The notes: generated from the sequence alone by a model not told the origin. Positions 27,472 through 37,629 are shown, counted from the first letter of the stretch. The stretch: 64,000 nucleotides of DNA from Candidatus Pacearchaeota archaeon (GCA_038874355.1 JAVZCO010000001.1:159295-223294), one strand, 5' to 3'. Numbers and translations are program-made.

Positions 27472-28107
27472 ATGTTTAGATTAAAGGAAATAATAGTAAT
27501 ATTAATATCCTCTTTATTAATTGCTTTTCCATATTTTTTAAGCAAAAACTTATCCTTTATCTTATCCTTTGTTTTTGCCTTAATTGTTTTATTTGTTTAT
27601 TTTTTAACAGAAAAAATAGCAGCATATTATTTTGAAACAGCATCAGAAATAAAATTTTGGGAAGAAAAAAGATATGGTTTTTATGAAAAATCTTATTTTA
27701 AATTTGGTGTTCCTTATGGAGTAATCTTATCTTTTATACTGCCTTTAATAAGTTCTGGCTACTTTAAATGGTTTGCTTTAACTCAAACTGAATTAAAAGA
27801 AAAAAAGTCAAGAGTAGCAAGAAAACACTTTTTTTATAGTTATCCCAAGCTTACAGAATGGAATATTAGTTTAATATGTGGCATACCAATAATTTCTTTA
27901 TTTTTTTTGTCCATTATAATAAAAGTCATATCTAATTTCTTTCCAATTCTAACTATTTTACCAAAGATAAGTTGTTATTTTGCTTTATTTAATTTATTAC
28001 CAATAGGAAATTTAAATGGAATGAAAATTCTTGCAGGTTCTTTTAAATTTTGGTTATTTTTAGTTTGTTTAACTTTTTTTAGTTTAGCTTTTGTTATTTT
28101 GTTATAA
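27472..28107 (+). CDS. polytopic membrane protein, site-2-protease (M50)-like but lacking HExxH
   Basis: The C-terminal FNLLPIGNLNGMKIL resembles the M50 NxxPxxxLDG motif with D replaced by N. Where HExxH is expected the sequence reads LTEKIAAYY. Confidence 0.45.
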   Translation: MFRLKEIIVILISSLLIAFPYFLSKNLSFILSFVFALIVLFVYFLTEKIAAYYFETASEIKFWEEKRYGFYEKSYFKFGVPYGVILSFILPLISSGYFKWFALTQTELKEKKSRVARKHFFYSYPKLTEWNISLICGIPIISLFFLSIIIKVISNFFPILTILPKISCYFALFNLLPIGNLNGMKILAGSFKFWLFLVCLTFFSLAFVILL

Positions 28108-28174
28108 TTATCAGATTATATTTCCTAAAAATTTTAATTATAAAAAATTTTTAAATAAACTTTTTAATTTATAA

Positions 28175-28840
28175 CTATCTATATCTTTTAACATTAATTC
28201 TTTTACAATATTTTTTCACAGGGCATATGTTACACTTGGGTAAAATTGGCAAACAAATCTCTTTTCCAAATAAAATGATTATTGTATTAAATTCTTTCCA
28301 ATATTTTTTCGGCAAAATTTTCATTATTTCTTTTTCTGTTTCTTCTGGATTTTTAGTTTTTATCCATCCCAATCTATTGGGAATTCTATGACAATGCGTA
28401 TCTATAGGAATATAATCCTTGTTATAAGCAAATGATAAAACTATATTTGCTGTTTTTTGCCCTATTCCCTTTATACTTAACAATTCTTCTTTTGTTTCTG
28501 GAACTTTTCCTTTAAATCTTCTTAAAATTTCTTTAGAAACTTCTTTTATAGTTTTTGCTTTTTTTCTATAATAACCAGAAGAATAAATTAATTTTTCTAA
28601 TTTTTTTATATCCATTTTTAAAAATTGTTTTGGAGTTTTTGCTATTTTAAATAACTTTTCTGTAACTTTTTCTGTATTTTTATCTTGTGTTCTTAAAGAA
28701 ATTAAGCATGCTATTAAAACCTGAAATGGTGTTAAATTTTTTGATGTTCTCCTCAATGTTGGTTGTCTTTTATTTTTATATCTTTTAAGAAGAATATTCA
28801 TAACTTTACTTATATCTTTTTTATTATGACTTAACATCAT
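28175..28840 (-). CDS. nth: endonuclease III (HhH-GPD DNA glycosylase with a 4Fe-4S cluster)
   Basis: LISLRTQD, HhH IKGIGQKTANIV, IPIDTHCHRI, and C-terminal CLPILPKCNICPVKKYC. Confidence 0.85.
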   Translation of the reverse strand: MMLSHNKKDISKVMNILLKRYKNKRQPTLRRTSKNLTPFQVLIACLISLRTQDKNTEKVTEKLFKIAKTPKQFLKMDIKKLEKLIYSSGYYRKKAKTIKEVSKEILRRFKGKVPETKEELLSIKGIGQKTANIVLSFAYNKDYIPIDTHCHRIPNRLGWIKTKNPEETEKEIMKILPKKYWKEFNTIIILFGKEICLPILPKCNICPVKKYCKRINVKRYR

Positions 28841-28917
28841 TTATTATATAATAAATTATGATTTAAATTATTATTGAAAAATAAATGTTTAAACTAAAAT
28901 AAGAAATAAGATAGTTT

Positions 28918-28932
28918 AAAGTATTTAAATAT
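28918..28932 (+). promoter_or_regulatory. TATA-like box
   Basis: AAAGTATTTAAATAT centred about 26 nt upstream of the ATG at 28952. Confidence 0.4.
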
Positions 28933-28951
28933 AAAATCATTTATAAGTTAA

Positions 28952-29905
28952 ATGAAAAAATCAAAAAAATATAATATTGGTTTGTTTTGGAAAGGAAAAA
29001 AGCAACCTTTATCTGTAAGACTTAAAAATTCTCTTTCTTTAAAAAAAGCTTATCTTGAAGGAAGGCATAAGAAAGTATGGTCAGGAAAGCATTTTTCTAA
29101 AGAACATAAAGAAAAATTAAAAAGAAGTAATATAAAAACATGGAAAAATAAAGAATTAATTAACAAACATAAAAAAATAATGAAAAAAAGATGGAAAAAC
29201 AAAAAAGAAAGAAAAAAACATTCTAAGATAATGAAAAAAGTTTATGAAAATCAGGAATTAAGAGCAAAAATTGCTTTGAAGTTAATAAAAATAAAAAGAA
29301 ATCTAGAAGAGATAAAAAAAGCGAAACAGAAAGCAAAAGAGATTTGGAAACAAAAACCTTATTTAAAAGAAAGATGTAAAAAAGCTTTGGAACTTTATTT
29401 ATTAAATTATAATTTAAAAAAACTTCTAGGAAAAAAAGAAAATATAGAGAGACTAAAAACTCTTTCTGGATATGTAGTCAAAAGCAAGTATGAAAAAAAT
29501 TTAGCAAATTTTCTCTATTTAAATAAAATAAACGCAAAATATGAGAGATATGCTTTATTTTTTCCTGAAATGTTCTGTGTTCCTGACTTTTATTTACCAA
29601 AATTTAATGTTTTTATAGAAGTTTATGGCCAACACCCAGATGCAGAAAGAAAAAAAAGAAAGAAAATTAAAGTTTATAAAAAATATAAAGTTCCGGTAAT
29701 AGAATTGACCCCAAGTGAATTTAGAAATTTAAATTATTTTGTTATATCAGAAATAAAATCAAAAGAAATGATTAAAAAAGCAAGAAATTTTAATCTTAAA
29801 ATTTGGACAAATCCTTTAAACAATGAAATAACAAAGGAATTTAAAAGAAAAAATCCTTCTTTATTTAAAGAATATCTAAATTCTTTAGTAAAAAATAAAT
29901 TATAA
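28952..29905 (+). CDS. NUMOD3-like repeat protein with a C-terminal PD-(D/E)xK (Vsr/DUF559-like) nuclease domain
   Basis: GKHFSKEHKEKLKRS-type repeats in the N-terminal half. C-terminal SKYEKNLANFL...VPDFYLPKFNVFIEVYG. Confidence 0.55.
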   Translation: MKKSKKYNIGLFWKGKKQPLSVRLKNSLSLKKAYLEGRHKKVWSGKHFSKEHKEKLKRSNIKTWKNKELINKHKKIMKKRWKNKKERKKHSKIMKKVYENQELRAKIALKLIKIKRNLEEIKKAKQKAKEIWKQKPYLKERCKKALELYLLNYNLKKLLGKKENIERLKTLSGYVVKSKYEKNLANFLYLNKINAKYERYALFFPEMFCVPDFYLPKFNVFIEVYGQHPDAERKKRKKIKVYKKYKVPVIELTPSEFRNLNYFVISEIKSKEMIKKARNFNLKIWTNPLNNEITKEFKRKNPSLFKEYLNSLVKNKL

Positions 29906-29915
29906 AAGATATAAG

Positions 29916-31502
29916 ATGGAAGAGGAAAATGAATTAAAAGAAGTGAGAAAGTATTTGGTTTCTATTACACCAAGAGATTATCAAGAAAAGATATTTTTAA
30001 CTGCTGTAAAAAATAATACTCTAGTTGTTCTGCCTACTGGATTAGGAAAAACTTTAATTGCTCTAATGCTATCTATACATAGATTAATAAAATTTCCTAA
30101 TTCAAAAATTTTGTTTTTAGCCCCAACAAGACCTTTAGCAGAACAACATTATAATTATTTTAAAAAATATCTTCCAGATTTATTTGCCGATATGATTTTA
30201 TTTACAGGAAAAATAAAAGCAGAAAAAAGAAAAGAGCAATGGCAAAATGCAAATATAATTTTTTCTACTCCACAATGTATTTCTAATGATATAAAAAATA
30301 ATTTGTATTCTTTACAAGAAGTTTCTTTATTAATAGAAGATGAATGTCATAGATGTATAAAAAATTATTCTTACACTTATATAGCAAAAAAATATAAAGA
30401 ACAGGCAAAAAATTTTAAAATTCTTGGTTTAACTGCGAGTCCAGGAAGCGAAAAAGAAAAAATAAGAACAATATGTCAAAATTTAGAAATAGAAAAAGTT
30501 GAATTAAGAAATAGAGAAAGTGAAGATGTTAAGCAATATTTACAAAAATTAAAATTTGAAGTTATAAAATTAGATTTCCCAGAAGAATTACAAAAATTAA
30601 GAAACATATTAAAAAAAGTATATGATAAGAAAATAGAAGAACTTATCAAAAGAAAATTATTGTTTGGCAAAGCTACAAAAAAGAATTTATTAGAAACCCA
30701 ACATAAAATTATGAAAGCAATATCTACCGGCAACAGACATTTCAATCTCCTTTCTGGGGCAAGCGCCTGTGCTGTTGCACTAAAAATACAACATGCTATA
30801 GAACTTATAGAAACACAAACTCTAGTTTCTGCTTTTGAATATTTGCAAGATTTATTTAGACAGTCAGAAAAAGAAAAAAGTAAAGCAGTAAAGCAAATAG
30901 TAAAAAGTAAAGAATTTAATCAAGCTTATAACTATTTAATTGAATTATTAACAAGAAAAAAAGAAAATCCAAAGTTAGAAAAACTTAAAGAAATAATAAT
31001 TGAAGAATTAAAAAACAAAAAAAATTCAAAAATAATAGTTTTTTCTCAATATAGAGATAGTGTTATTAAGATTTGTAAAGAATTAAATAACATAGAAAAT
31101 GTTAACGCTAAAATTTTTATTGGACAAACAATAAAAAAAGAAATTGGAATGACGCAAAAGGAGCAGCAAGAAATAATAAGAGAATTTTCTCTTGGAAAAG
31201 CAAATATTTTGGTATCTACTTCAATAGGAGAAGAAGGTTTAGATATTCCTGAAGTAGATATTGTAATTTTTTATGAACCCATACCTTCTGCAATAAGAAA
31301 AATACAAAGAGCCGGAAGAACGGCAAGATTAAGACCAGGAAAAATTATAATTTTAATGATAAAAAAAACAAGAGATGAATATTATTATTGGGCTTCTTTT
31401 CATAAAGAAAAAAAGATGTATAATGTAATAAATGATATAAATAAAGAAATAAATAATAAAAAAACAATAATAAAAAAAGAAAAGAATTTATTTGATTATT
31501 AA
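29916..31502 (+). CDS. hef: Hef/FANCM-family helicase (helicase half only)
   Basis: PTGLGKT, DECH box (IEDECHRC), TASPG, QRAGRTAR. Confidence 0.85.
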   Translation: MEEENELKEVRKYLVSITPRDYQEKIFLTAVKNNTLVVLPTGLGKTLIALMLSIHRLIKFPNSKILFLAPTRPLAEQHYNYFKKYLPDLFADMILFTGKIKAEKRKEQWQNANIIFSTPQCISNDIKNNLYSLQEVSLLIEDECHRCIKNYSYTYIAKKYKEQAKNFKILGLTASPGSEKEKIRTICQNLEIEKVELRNRESEDVKQYLQKLKFEVIKLDFPEELQKLRNILKKVYDKKIEELIKRKLLFGKATKKNLLETQHKIMKAISTGNRHFNLLSGASACAVALKIQHAIELIETQTLVSAFEYLQDLFRQSEKEKSKAVKQIVKSKEFNQAYNYLIELLTRKKENPKLEKLKEIIIEELKNKKNSKIIVFSQYRDSVIKICKELNNIENVNAKIFIGQTIKKEIGMTQKEQQEIIREFSLGKANILVSTSIGEEGLDIPEVDIVIFYEPIPSAIRKIQRAGRTARLRPGKIIILMIKKTRDEYYYWASFHKEKKMYNVINDINKEINNKKTIIKKEKNLFDY

Positions 31503-31504
31503 AA

Positions 31505-32161
31505 ATGTTAGATATATTTAAAAAAGATAAAGGAAAAAGCAAAGAAAAATTAAGAATAATTGTAGATTTTAGAGAAAAAAATTCTTTAGTAGTTGCAGAA
31601 TTAGTAAGTAAAGGAATTTTATTAGAATTAAAAAACCTTTGTGTCGGAGATTATATAGTAAATGATGTTATTATTGAGAGAAAAACTTATAACGATTTTA
31701 TCAACAGCATAATAAATAAAAGATTAATAGAGCAGTTAGAAAATTTAGAAAAATGCGAAAAAAAACTTTTAATTATTGAAGGATGTAAAGAAGAAATTTC
31801 AGAAAGAAAAATTAACCAAAACGCAATTAATGGATTTTTACTTTCTGTTTTAATAAATAGAAAAATTCCTATTCTTTTTACAGAAGATTATGAAGAAACT
31901 AGTAATTTTTTATATATTTTAGCAAAAAAGAAAAAAAGAAAAAATTTTTCTTTAAGATTCAAAAATAAAAATATGAACAGGAAAGAACTATTACAATTTA
32001 TATTAGAAGGATTTCCTACTATTGGCCCTATAACAGCAAAAAGATTATTAAAAAATTTCAAGACAATAAAAAATGTTATAAATGCAAATGAAGAAGAATT
32101 AAGAAAAATCCTTGGAAAAAAAACAGATTTATTCTTAAAAATTATAAATTCAGAATATTAA
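31505..32161 (+). CDS. Hef/XPF-type ERCC4 nuclease with a C-terminal HhH2
   Basis: IIVDFRE, GDYIV...IIERKTYNDFINSI, and C-terminal FPTIGPITAKRLLKNF. Starts 2 nt after the helicase ORF stop. Confidence 0.85.
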   Translation: MLDIFKKDKGKSKEKLRIIVDFREKNSLVVAELVSKGILLELKNLCVGDYIVNDVIIERKTYNDFINSIINKRLIEQLENLEKCEKKLLIIEGCKEEISERKINQNAINGFLLSVLINRKIPILFTEDYEETSNFLYILAKKKKRKNFSLRFKNKNMNRKELLQFILEGFPTIGPITAKRLLKNFKTIKNVINANEEELRKILGKKTDLFLKIINSEY

Positions 32162-32613
32162 AAATCCTTTATCTTTAGTTCTGATTTTAAAAATTTACTA
32201 TCACAATAATGGCAAGAAAAAATTCCTTTTTTATAATAAATTATAGGTTCTACTTGTTCTGTCGGATCATTTGTTATACAATTTGGATTATTACATAAAA
32301 CTATATTTTCTAATCTCTCTGGAATAACCGCTTTTGTCTTTTCTTTTACTTTTCCATTAATTATTTTATTTATTGTAGCGTCTGGAGCAATTAATGCAAC
32401 GAGATTAATTTCATATGGTGTTAAAGATCTTCCTTCTATTTTAATAAAACTCTTTTTTCCCATTCTAGTACTAAAATAATGGTCTCCTAAAGAGATTCTT
32501 CCTTCTTTTTGATTTTCAATTTTTAAAATTCTTGCAACTTTCCAAACTATACTTGGAGGTAAATGATCTATCACAATTCCATTTTCTATATACCCTATTA
32601 ATTCTTTCGCCAT
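32158..32613 (-). CDS. pyrI: aspartate carbamoyltransferase regulatory subunit
   Basis: IENGIVIDHLPP, and zinc domain CNNPNCIT...CHYC. Adjacent to pyrB. Confidence 0.85.
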   Translation of the reverse strand: MAKELIGYIENGIVIDHLPPSIVWKVARILKIENQKEGRISLGDHYFSTRMGKKSFIKIEGRSLTPYEINLVALIAPDATINKIINGKVKEKTKAVIPERLENIVLCNNPNCITNDPTEQVEPIIYYKKGIFSCHYCDSKFLKSELKIKDF

Positions 32614-32614
32614 T

Positions 32615-33583
32615 TTAACATAAAAATTTATCTCCTGCGATTAAATTTATTAAACCCATTCTTACATAAAGTCCTGCTTTTTCTTGTTCTTTAATATATG
32701 CAGAATATGGTGTATTATCTAAAGATTTTGGTAATTCCTGTCTTCTTGGTCTAGGATGCAAAATAATAAAATTTTTCCTTAATTTAGCTCTATCAAGCAT
32801 ATCTTTTGTTAAACAGTATTGAGAAATAACTTTTTTATATTGAAATTCTCCTTCCACTCCTTCTGGAAATCTTTCTCTCTGAACTCTAGTCATATAAATA
32901 GCATCTATTTTTCCTAGAATATCTTCTAAATTCTTAATATCTAATTCTTCAAAATTTAATTTATCTTCTTTTAATTGATTAACAAAAGATTCTGTTAATT
33001 TAGTTTCTTGAGGAGAAATAAAATAAACTTTGCAATCTTTATATTTTTTTAAAGCGTTTGCAAGAGAATGCACTGTTCTTCCATATTTTAAATCTCCTAC
33101 TATTGCGATTTCTAAACCATCTATTCTCCCAATTTTTTTCTTTATTGTGTAAAGATCTAAAAAAGTTTGAGTTGGATGTTCATTAATTCCATCTCCAGCA
33201 TTAATAACAGGAGCTTCAATAATATCTGCAAATAATCTAGCAACACCATCTCTCCTTTCTCTAACAACAACAACATCAAAAGAGTAGTTGTTTATTGTAA
33301 TTGCTGTATCCCAAAGACTTTCTCCTTTACCTCTAGAACTTCTTTCTGGATCAAAATCAGAAACTTGTCCGCCTAATCTTCTCATAGCAACATCAAAACT
33401 TAAAGTTGTTCTAGAGCTGTTTTCAAAAAATGCTGGTAACATAATCTTATTTTTCATTAATTCTTCTACTCCTTCCTTCTTTAATTCAAATAAAGAAGAA
33501 TAGTCAAGAATAAAATCTATCTCGTCTCTTGAAAAATCATTAACAGATATTACATCTCTTCCTTTAAATTTAGATATCATCAA
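32615..33583 (-). CDS. pyrB: aspartate carbamoyltransferase catalytic subunit
   Basis: FENSSRTTLSF, EHPTQTFLD, ILHPRPR. Confidence 0.9.
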   Translation of the reverse strand: MMISKFKGRDVISVNDFSRDEIDFILDYSSLFELKKEGVEELMKNKIMLPAFFENSSRTTLSFDVAMRRLGGQVSDFDPERSSRGKGESLWDTAITINNYSFDVVVVRERRDGVARLFADIIEAPVINAGDGINEHPTQTFLDLYTIKKKIGRIDGLEIAIVGDLKYGRTVHSLANALKKYKDCKVYFISPQETKLTESFVNQLKEDKLNFEELDIKNLEDILGKIDAIYMTRVQRERFPEGVEGEFQYKKVISQYCLTKDMLDRAKLRKNFIILHPRPRRQELPKSLDNTPYSAYIKEQEKAGLYVRMGLINLIAGDKFLC

Positions 33584-33671
33584 AAAGAATATATAATTAA
33601 ATTGTTTATAAATACAATTGTAAATTAGAATATATTTTTAAAAATATACAAATAATTAAATAAATTAGTTT

Positions 33672-34193
33672 TTATTTTAAAAAATAAACTTCTAAATCTT
33701 TATATTCTGCTCTTTCTCTTTTTAAAATAGATTCTTTTAACTTAAAATTCTTTACTAAAAATTCTTTTTCTGTTATTTTTATTTTTTTTAATTCTTCTAA
33801 AAATTTTTCTTTATTTTCTATGTTCTTTACTCTTGCTATTGTTATATGTGACATAAATCTTTTTTCTTTTTCGAATAAATCTTCTAATTTATAATCAATT
33901 TCTTTTTGTAATCCATCACAATTTTCTAATTTTATCCATATTATTTTTACAAAATTTTCATCAAAAACTCCTAAATTAGATAATTTCGCTTTAAATTTTT
34001 TAAAATTGATTTCTCTTAACCTTTTTTTTACATTATCTAATGTTTCTTTATCAATCTCTCCTAAAAATTTCAAAGTCAAATGTAAATTTTCTAATTCTGT
34101 TTTTTTTCCTTTAAAATCTGGTAAATCGCCTTGTATTTTTTCTATTTCTTTTTTTATTTCTTCTGGTAAATCCAAAGCAATAAAAACTCTCAT
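33672..34193 (-). CDS. thpR: RNA 2',3'-cyclic phosphodiesterase / 2'-5' RNA ligase family (2H phosphoesterase)
   Basis: MRVFIALDLP, with two HxT motifs (HLTLKFLG and HITIAR). Confidence 0.8.
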   Translation of the reverse strand: MRVFIALDLPEEIKKEIEKIQGDLPDFKGKKTELENLHLTLKFLGEIDKETLDNVKKRLREINFKKFKAKLSNLGVFDENFVKIIWIKLENCDGLQKEIDYKLEDLFEKEKRFMSHITIARVKNIENKEKFLEELKKIKITEKEFLVKNFKLKESILKRERAEYKDLEVYFLK

Positions 34194-34195
34194 TT

Positions 34196-35410
34196 TTATT
34201 CGGGAAGTAAAGTAAAAATTGAAAGTTTTTTTATTTTTATATTTCTTATATCTTGCAATTTTAAATTCTGTAATCTAGATTCGTAATTATAAAATTCTTC
34301 TGCCCCAAAACCTTCTTCTTCTATTAATAAACGATTCATAACTTCTGTGGAATCTTCTTCTAATAATCTTCTGGAACCTATTAATTGCTCTCTGGTTTCT
34401 TCTAAGTCTTTTTGTTTGAAATTTTTTAAATTTTTTAATTCTCTTATTACTATTTTATTTACTTCTTCTATCTTTTCTTTTCTAGTTCCTACATAAATTG
34501 TAGCATAGGAATAATTTTTCCCGATATTTATTCCTCCTTTAACAGAATATGCTATTCCACGTTTTTCTCTTATTTTGTTAAAAAGTACAGAGGACATTCC
34601 TTCTGTTAAGTGTGTTAGGGCTAATTCATATGCATATCTTCTTATATCATTTAATAAAGGTGTATGAAAACCAAAAACAAGGTGTGTTTGTTCAAGTCCT
34701 TTTCTTTTTTCTTTTTGTTTTTTGTTTATACATTCTATTTTTATTTTTTTTGTTTTAATAATTTCTCTTATATTTTTTTTTACAAAAATCTTTTCTAATT
34801 GTTCTTTTATATCATAAAATTCTGCTTTTCCAACAATAGATAAAATAATATTATTTGCTGAATAGTGATTTTTATAAAACTTTATTAATTCTTGTCTTTT
34901 GATATTCTGTATATTAGGAATATTTCCTATTATGCTTAAACCGAATGGTTTTCCATACAACAATTCTTTTATTTTATCCATAGAATAAAAAATAGGATTA
35001 TCTTTATACATTTTAATTTCCTCTATAATGACTCCTTTTTCTTTTTCAAATTCTTTTTCCTTAAAAGCGGGATTAGATATTATTTGTATCGGATTTTCTA
35101 AGCTAGTAATTAAATATTTAGAAGGTAGTTTATTCCAAAATACTGTTCTTTCTTCATCTGTATATCCATTTAGAATACCTCCTTTTTTTTCAATTTCTCT
35201 AGAAATTACCTCATAGTTTTTTTTCTTGGTCCCTTTAAAAAGCATATGTTCAACAAAATGCGCAATTCCTTTATTTTTTTCATTTTCATTTATTGCTCCT
35301 GTTCTTATAGCAGCCGCTGTACTAATAACAGGGGTACTTCTTTTTTCAAAAAGTATTGTAATTCCATTCTTTAATTTTTCTCTATAAAAATTAAATATTT
35401 TTGATTTCAT
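34196..35410 (-). CDS. M16-family zinc peptidase (pitrilysin-like)
   Basis: Inverted zinc motif GIAHFVEHMLFKGT. Confidence 0.8.
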   Translation of the reverse strand: MKSKIFNFYREKLKNGITILFEKRSTPVISTAAAIRTGAINENEKNKGIAHFVEHMLFKGTKKKNYEVISREIEKKGGILNGYTDEERTVFWNKLPSKYLITSLENPIQIISNPAFKEKEFEKEKGVIIEEIKMYKDNPIFYSMDKIKELLYGKPFGLSIIGNIPNIQNIKRQELIKFYKNHYSANNIILSIVGKAEFYDIKEQLEKIFVKKNIREIIKTKKIKIECINKKQKEKRKGLEQTHLVFGFHTPLLNDIRRYAYELALTHLTEGMSSVLFNKIREKRGIAYSVKGGINIGKNYSYATIYVGTRKEKIEEVNKIVIRELKNLKNFKQKDLEETREQLIGSRRLLEEDSTEVMNRLLIEEEGFGAEEFYNYESRLQNLKLQDIRNIKIKKLSIFTLLPE

Positions 35411-35964
35411 TTTAAATTTACAAAATTTATTATTATTTCTTTTTGATTTACTTCTGGATGGAATAAAGTAACGTAAAATTCTTTATTTTTATGCTTTAAT
35501 GCATCTATACTACCTTGAGAAAAAATTTCAAATTCTCTTTCTAATACGCTACTAAAAGAAATTTCATAATTATGTAATTCATAAACTTCTTTCCATCCTT
35601 CTATCCCTAAAAAATTTTTTTTAAAATTTACCAATTTTAATCCTATATCTAAATTTTTTTCTATATTACAATTAAATATTTTACATAGTATCTGCATCCC
35701 TGCACATATACCTAATATCTTTCCATTATAATTTTTTATCCATTCAAAATTTTTTATATTTTCAAAATATTCGTTATCTTTTAAAGAAGTGCCGCAAAGG
35801 ATTATTTTTTTAAATCTTTTTATTGTATTTTGATTTAATTTTTTGTAATAAATTGTTTTATATTTTTTGTTTGTAATTTTTATTATATCTTCTACAGGTT
35901 TAACAAATTCATAATAATGTAAATTATTATAACATAAATTTATTATTAAAATTTTTTCTTCCAT
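35407..35964 (-). CDS. class I glutamine amidotransferase (GMP synthase subunit A-like)
   Basis: ILGICAGMQIL nucleophile elbow and LFHPE. Start revised to the internal ATG (MEEKILIINL) to remove the overlap with the upstream gene. Confidence 0.65.
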   Translation of the reverse strand: MEEKILIINLCYNNLHYYEFVKPVEDIIKITNKKYKTIYYKKLNQNTIKRFKKIILCGTSLKDNEYFENIKNFEWIKNYNGKILGICAGMQILCKIFNCNIEKNLDIGLKLVNFKKNFLGIEGWKEVYELHNYEISFSSVLEREFEIFSQGSIDALKHKNKEFYVTLFHPEVNQKEIIINFVNLK

Positions 35965-35968
35965 TTTT

Positions 35969-36682
35969 TTATTTCTTTTTATCTTTCTCTTTATTAATAA
36001 GATATACATCCTTTATTTTCATTATTATCTCCCCCTTATAATCATCAAAAATCCCAAAATCTTTTATTATAATTTTCTTTTTAAAAAAATTTGTATCTAA
36101 AACAAAACTTTCTAGTTCTCCTCCTTCTCCTGCCGGATTTATTTTATACTTTTCTTGTAATTTTTTTATTTTTTCTATAAAAGAAATATCTATTTTCTTT
36201 CCTATAAGTTCTTCTAAACCTTCTGCATAAACTCCTGTTATTATAACATCAAAATTCTTTTCTACTATTTCATTTAATATCTCTATTTGGTTCCTTTGCC
36301 ATAAAGGATTAAAACATTCTATATTTAGTTTATTGCATATTTTTTGTATTCTTGAAGATTGATAAATACTTGCTATCGCTCCTGTTACAACTCCGTCTAT
36401 TTTATATATTTTTATTGCTCTAATTATAGCTTTTTCTAAATCAAAAAGTTCTTTTTCTTTTTCTCCTTCTGTATATTCTATAATTAAAGGTAATCCTATT
36501 GCTTGTGCTTGTTTTTCTACTAATCTTATATTTGGTGTATGAAACATATAACTATTTTTATTTTTTGAAATTATTGTTATTAAACAACAAACTTTTTCAT
36601 TTTTTAAAGCATAATCTAAAGCTAAACAAGAATCTTTACCACCAGAAAATAAAATTCCTAATCTTAACTTTTTTCTTGCCAT
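35969..36682 (-). CDS. PP-loop ATP pyrophosphatase, diphthine-ammonia ligase (Dph6/MJ0570)-like
   Basis: LFSGGKDS PP-loop and GEGGELESFVLD. Confidence 0.7.
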   Translation of the reverse strand: MARKKLRLGILFSGGKDSCLALDYALKNEKVCCLITIISKNKNSYMFHTPNIRLVEKQAQAIGLPLIIEYTEGEKEKELFDLEKAIIRAIKIYKIDGVVTGAIASIYQSSRIQKICNKLNIECFNPLWQRNQIEILNEIVEKNFDVIITGVYAEGLEELIGKKIDISFIEKIKKLQEKYKINPAGEGGELESFVLDTNFFKKKIIIKDFGIFDDYKGEIIMKIKDVYLINKEKDKKK

Positions 36683-36694
36683 AAATTTATAAAA
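36681..36694 (+). promoter_or_regulatory. TATA-like box
   Basis: ATAAATTTATAAAA centred about 27 nt upstream of the ATG at 36715. Confidence 0.45.
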
Positions 36695-36714
36695 TTTTAT
36701 TGCTTTAAAATGTT

Positions 36715-37629
36715 ATGGCAACAAATCAATCTCCTGAATTTATTGCTGCACAAAAAAAATACTTATCTGCTTTAACTGATGAAGAAAAAATTTATTGGCT
36801 AGAAGAGATGATAAGAAATGCTCCTAAACACAAAGGAGCAGAAGCTTTAAGAGCAGAATTAAGAAAAAGATATAAAAAATTAAAAGAAAAAATAGAATTT
36901 AAAAAGTTGAAAAAAAAGAAATCTGGAAAAAAGGAAGGGATAAAAAAAGAGGATATGCAAGCAGTTATAATAGGATTTACTAATTCTGGAAAATCTTCTT
37001 TACTTTCTTGTTTAACTAATGCTAATCCTTTAATATCTCCTATTGAATTCACGACAAAAGAACCTATAGTAGGTACATTAGTTTATAATGGAGCAAATAT
37101 ACAAATTATTGATATGCCTGCTATAAATTTTGAAAATTTTGATTATAGTATAGCAAATGTTACGGATTTGTTAATCATAGTAATAATAAATCCAAAAGAG
37201 ATACAAGAGATAGAATCTTACTTAACTAAATCCAAAGCAAAAAGATTAATTGTTTTAAATAAAATTGATTTATTAAGCAAAGAAGAATTAAGAAAGTACA
37301 CTTCTTTTTTACAAAGTAAAAAATATAATTTTATTGCTGTTTCTTGCAAAACACTAGAAGGAATTAATGAATTAAAAGAAAAAATTTTTCTTTCTTTTGA
37401 AAAAATAAGGATTTATACTAAAGAACCTGGAAAAGAACCTTCTAAAGATCCGATAATATTAAATGTTGGATCTAATGTTAAAGATGTGGCAGAAAAAATA
37501 AGAAATGGGCTATCTTTAAGCATAAAAGAAGCAAGAGTAACCGGACCATCAAGCAAATTTCCTAATCAATTGGTTTCTTTAGATCATGAATTAAAAGATA
37601 AAGATATTATTGAATTTAAATTTAAATAA
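36715..37629 (+). CDS. DRG/Obg-like GTP-binding protein with a C-terminal TGS-like domain
   Basis: P-loop GFTNSGKSS, NKIDL (G4), helical N-terminal extension, short beta-rich C-terminus. Confidence 0.65.
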   Translation: MATNQSPEFIAAQKKYLSALTDEEKIYWLEEMIRNAPKHKGAEALRAELRKRYKKLKEKIEFKKLKKKKSGKKEGIKKEDMQAVIIGFTNSGKSSLLSCLTNANPLISPIEFTTKEPIVGTLVYNGANIQIIDMPAINFENFDYSIANVTDLLIIVIINPKEIQEIESYLTKSKAKRLIVLNKIDLLSKEELRKYTSFLQSKKYNFIAVSCKTLEGINELKEKIFLSFEKIRIYTKEPGKEPSKDPIILNVGSNVKDVAEKIRNGLSLSIKEARVTGPSSKFPNQLVSLDHELKDKDIIEFKFK

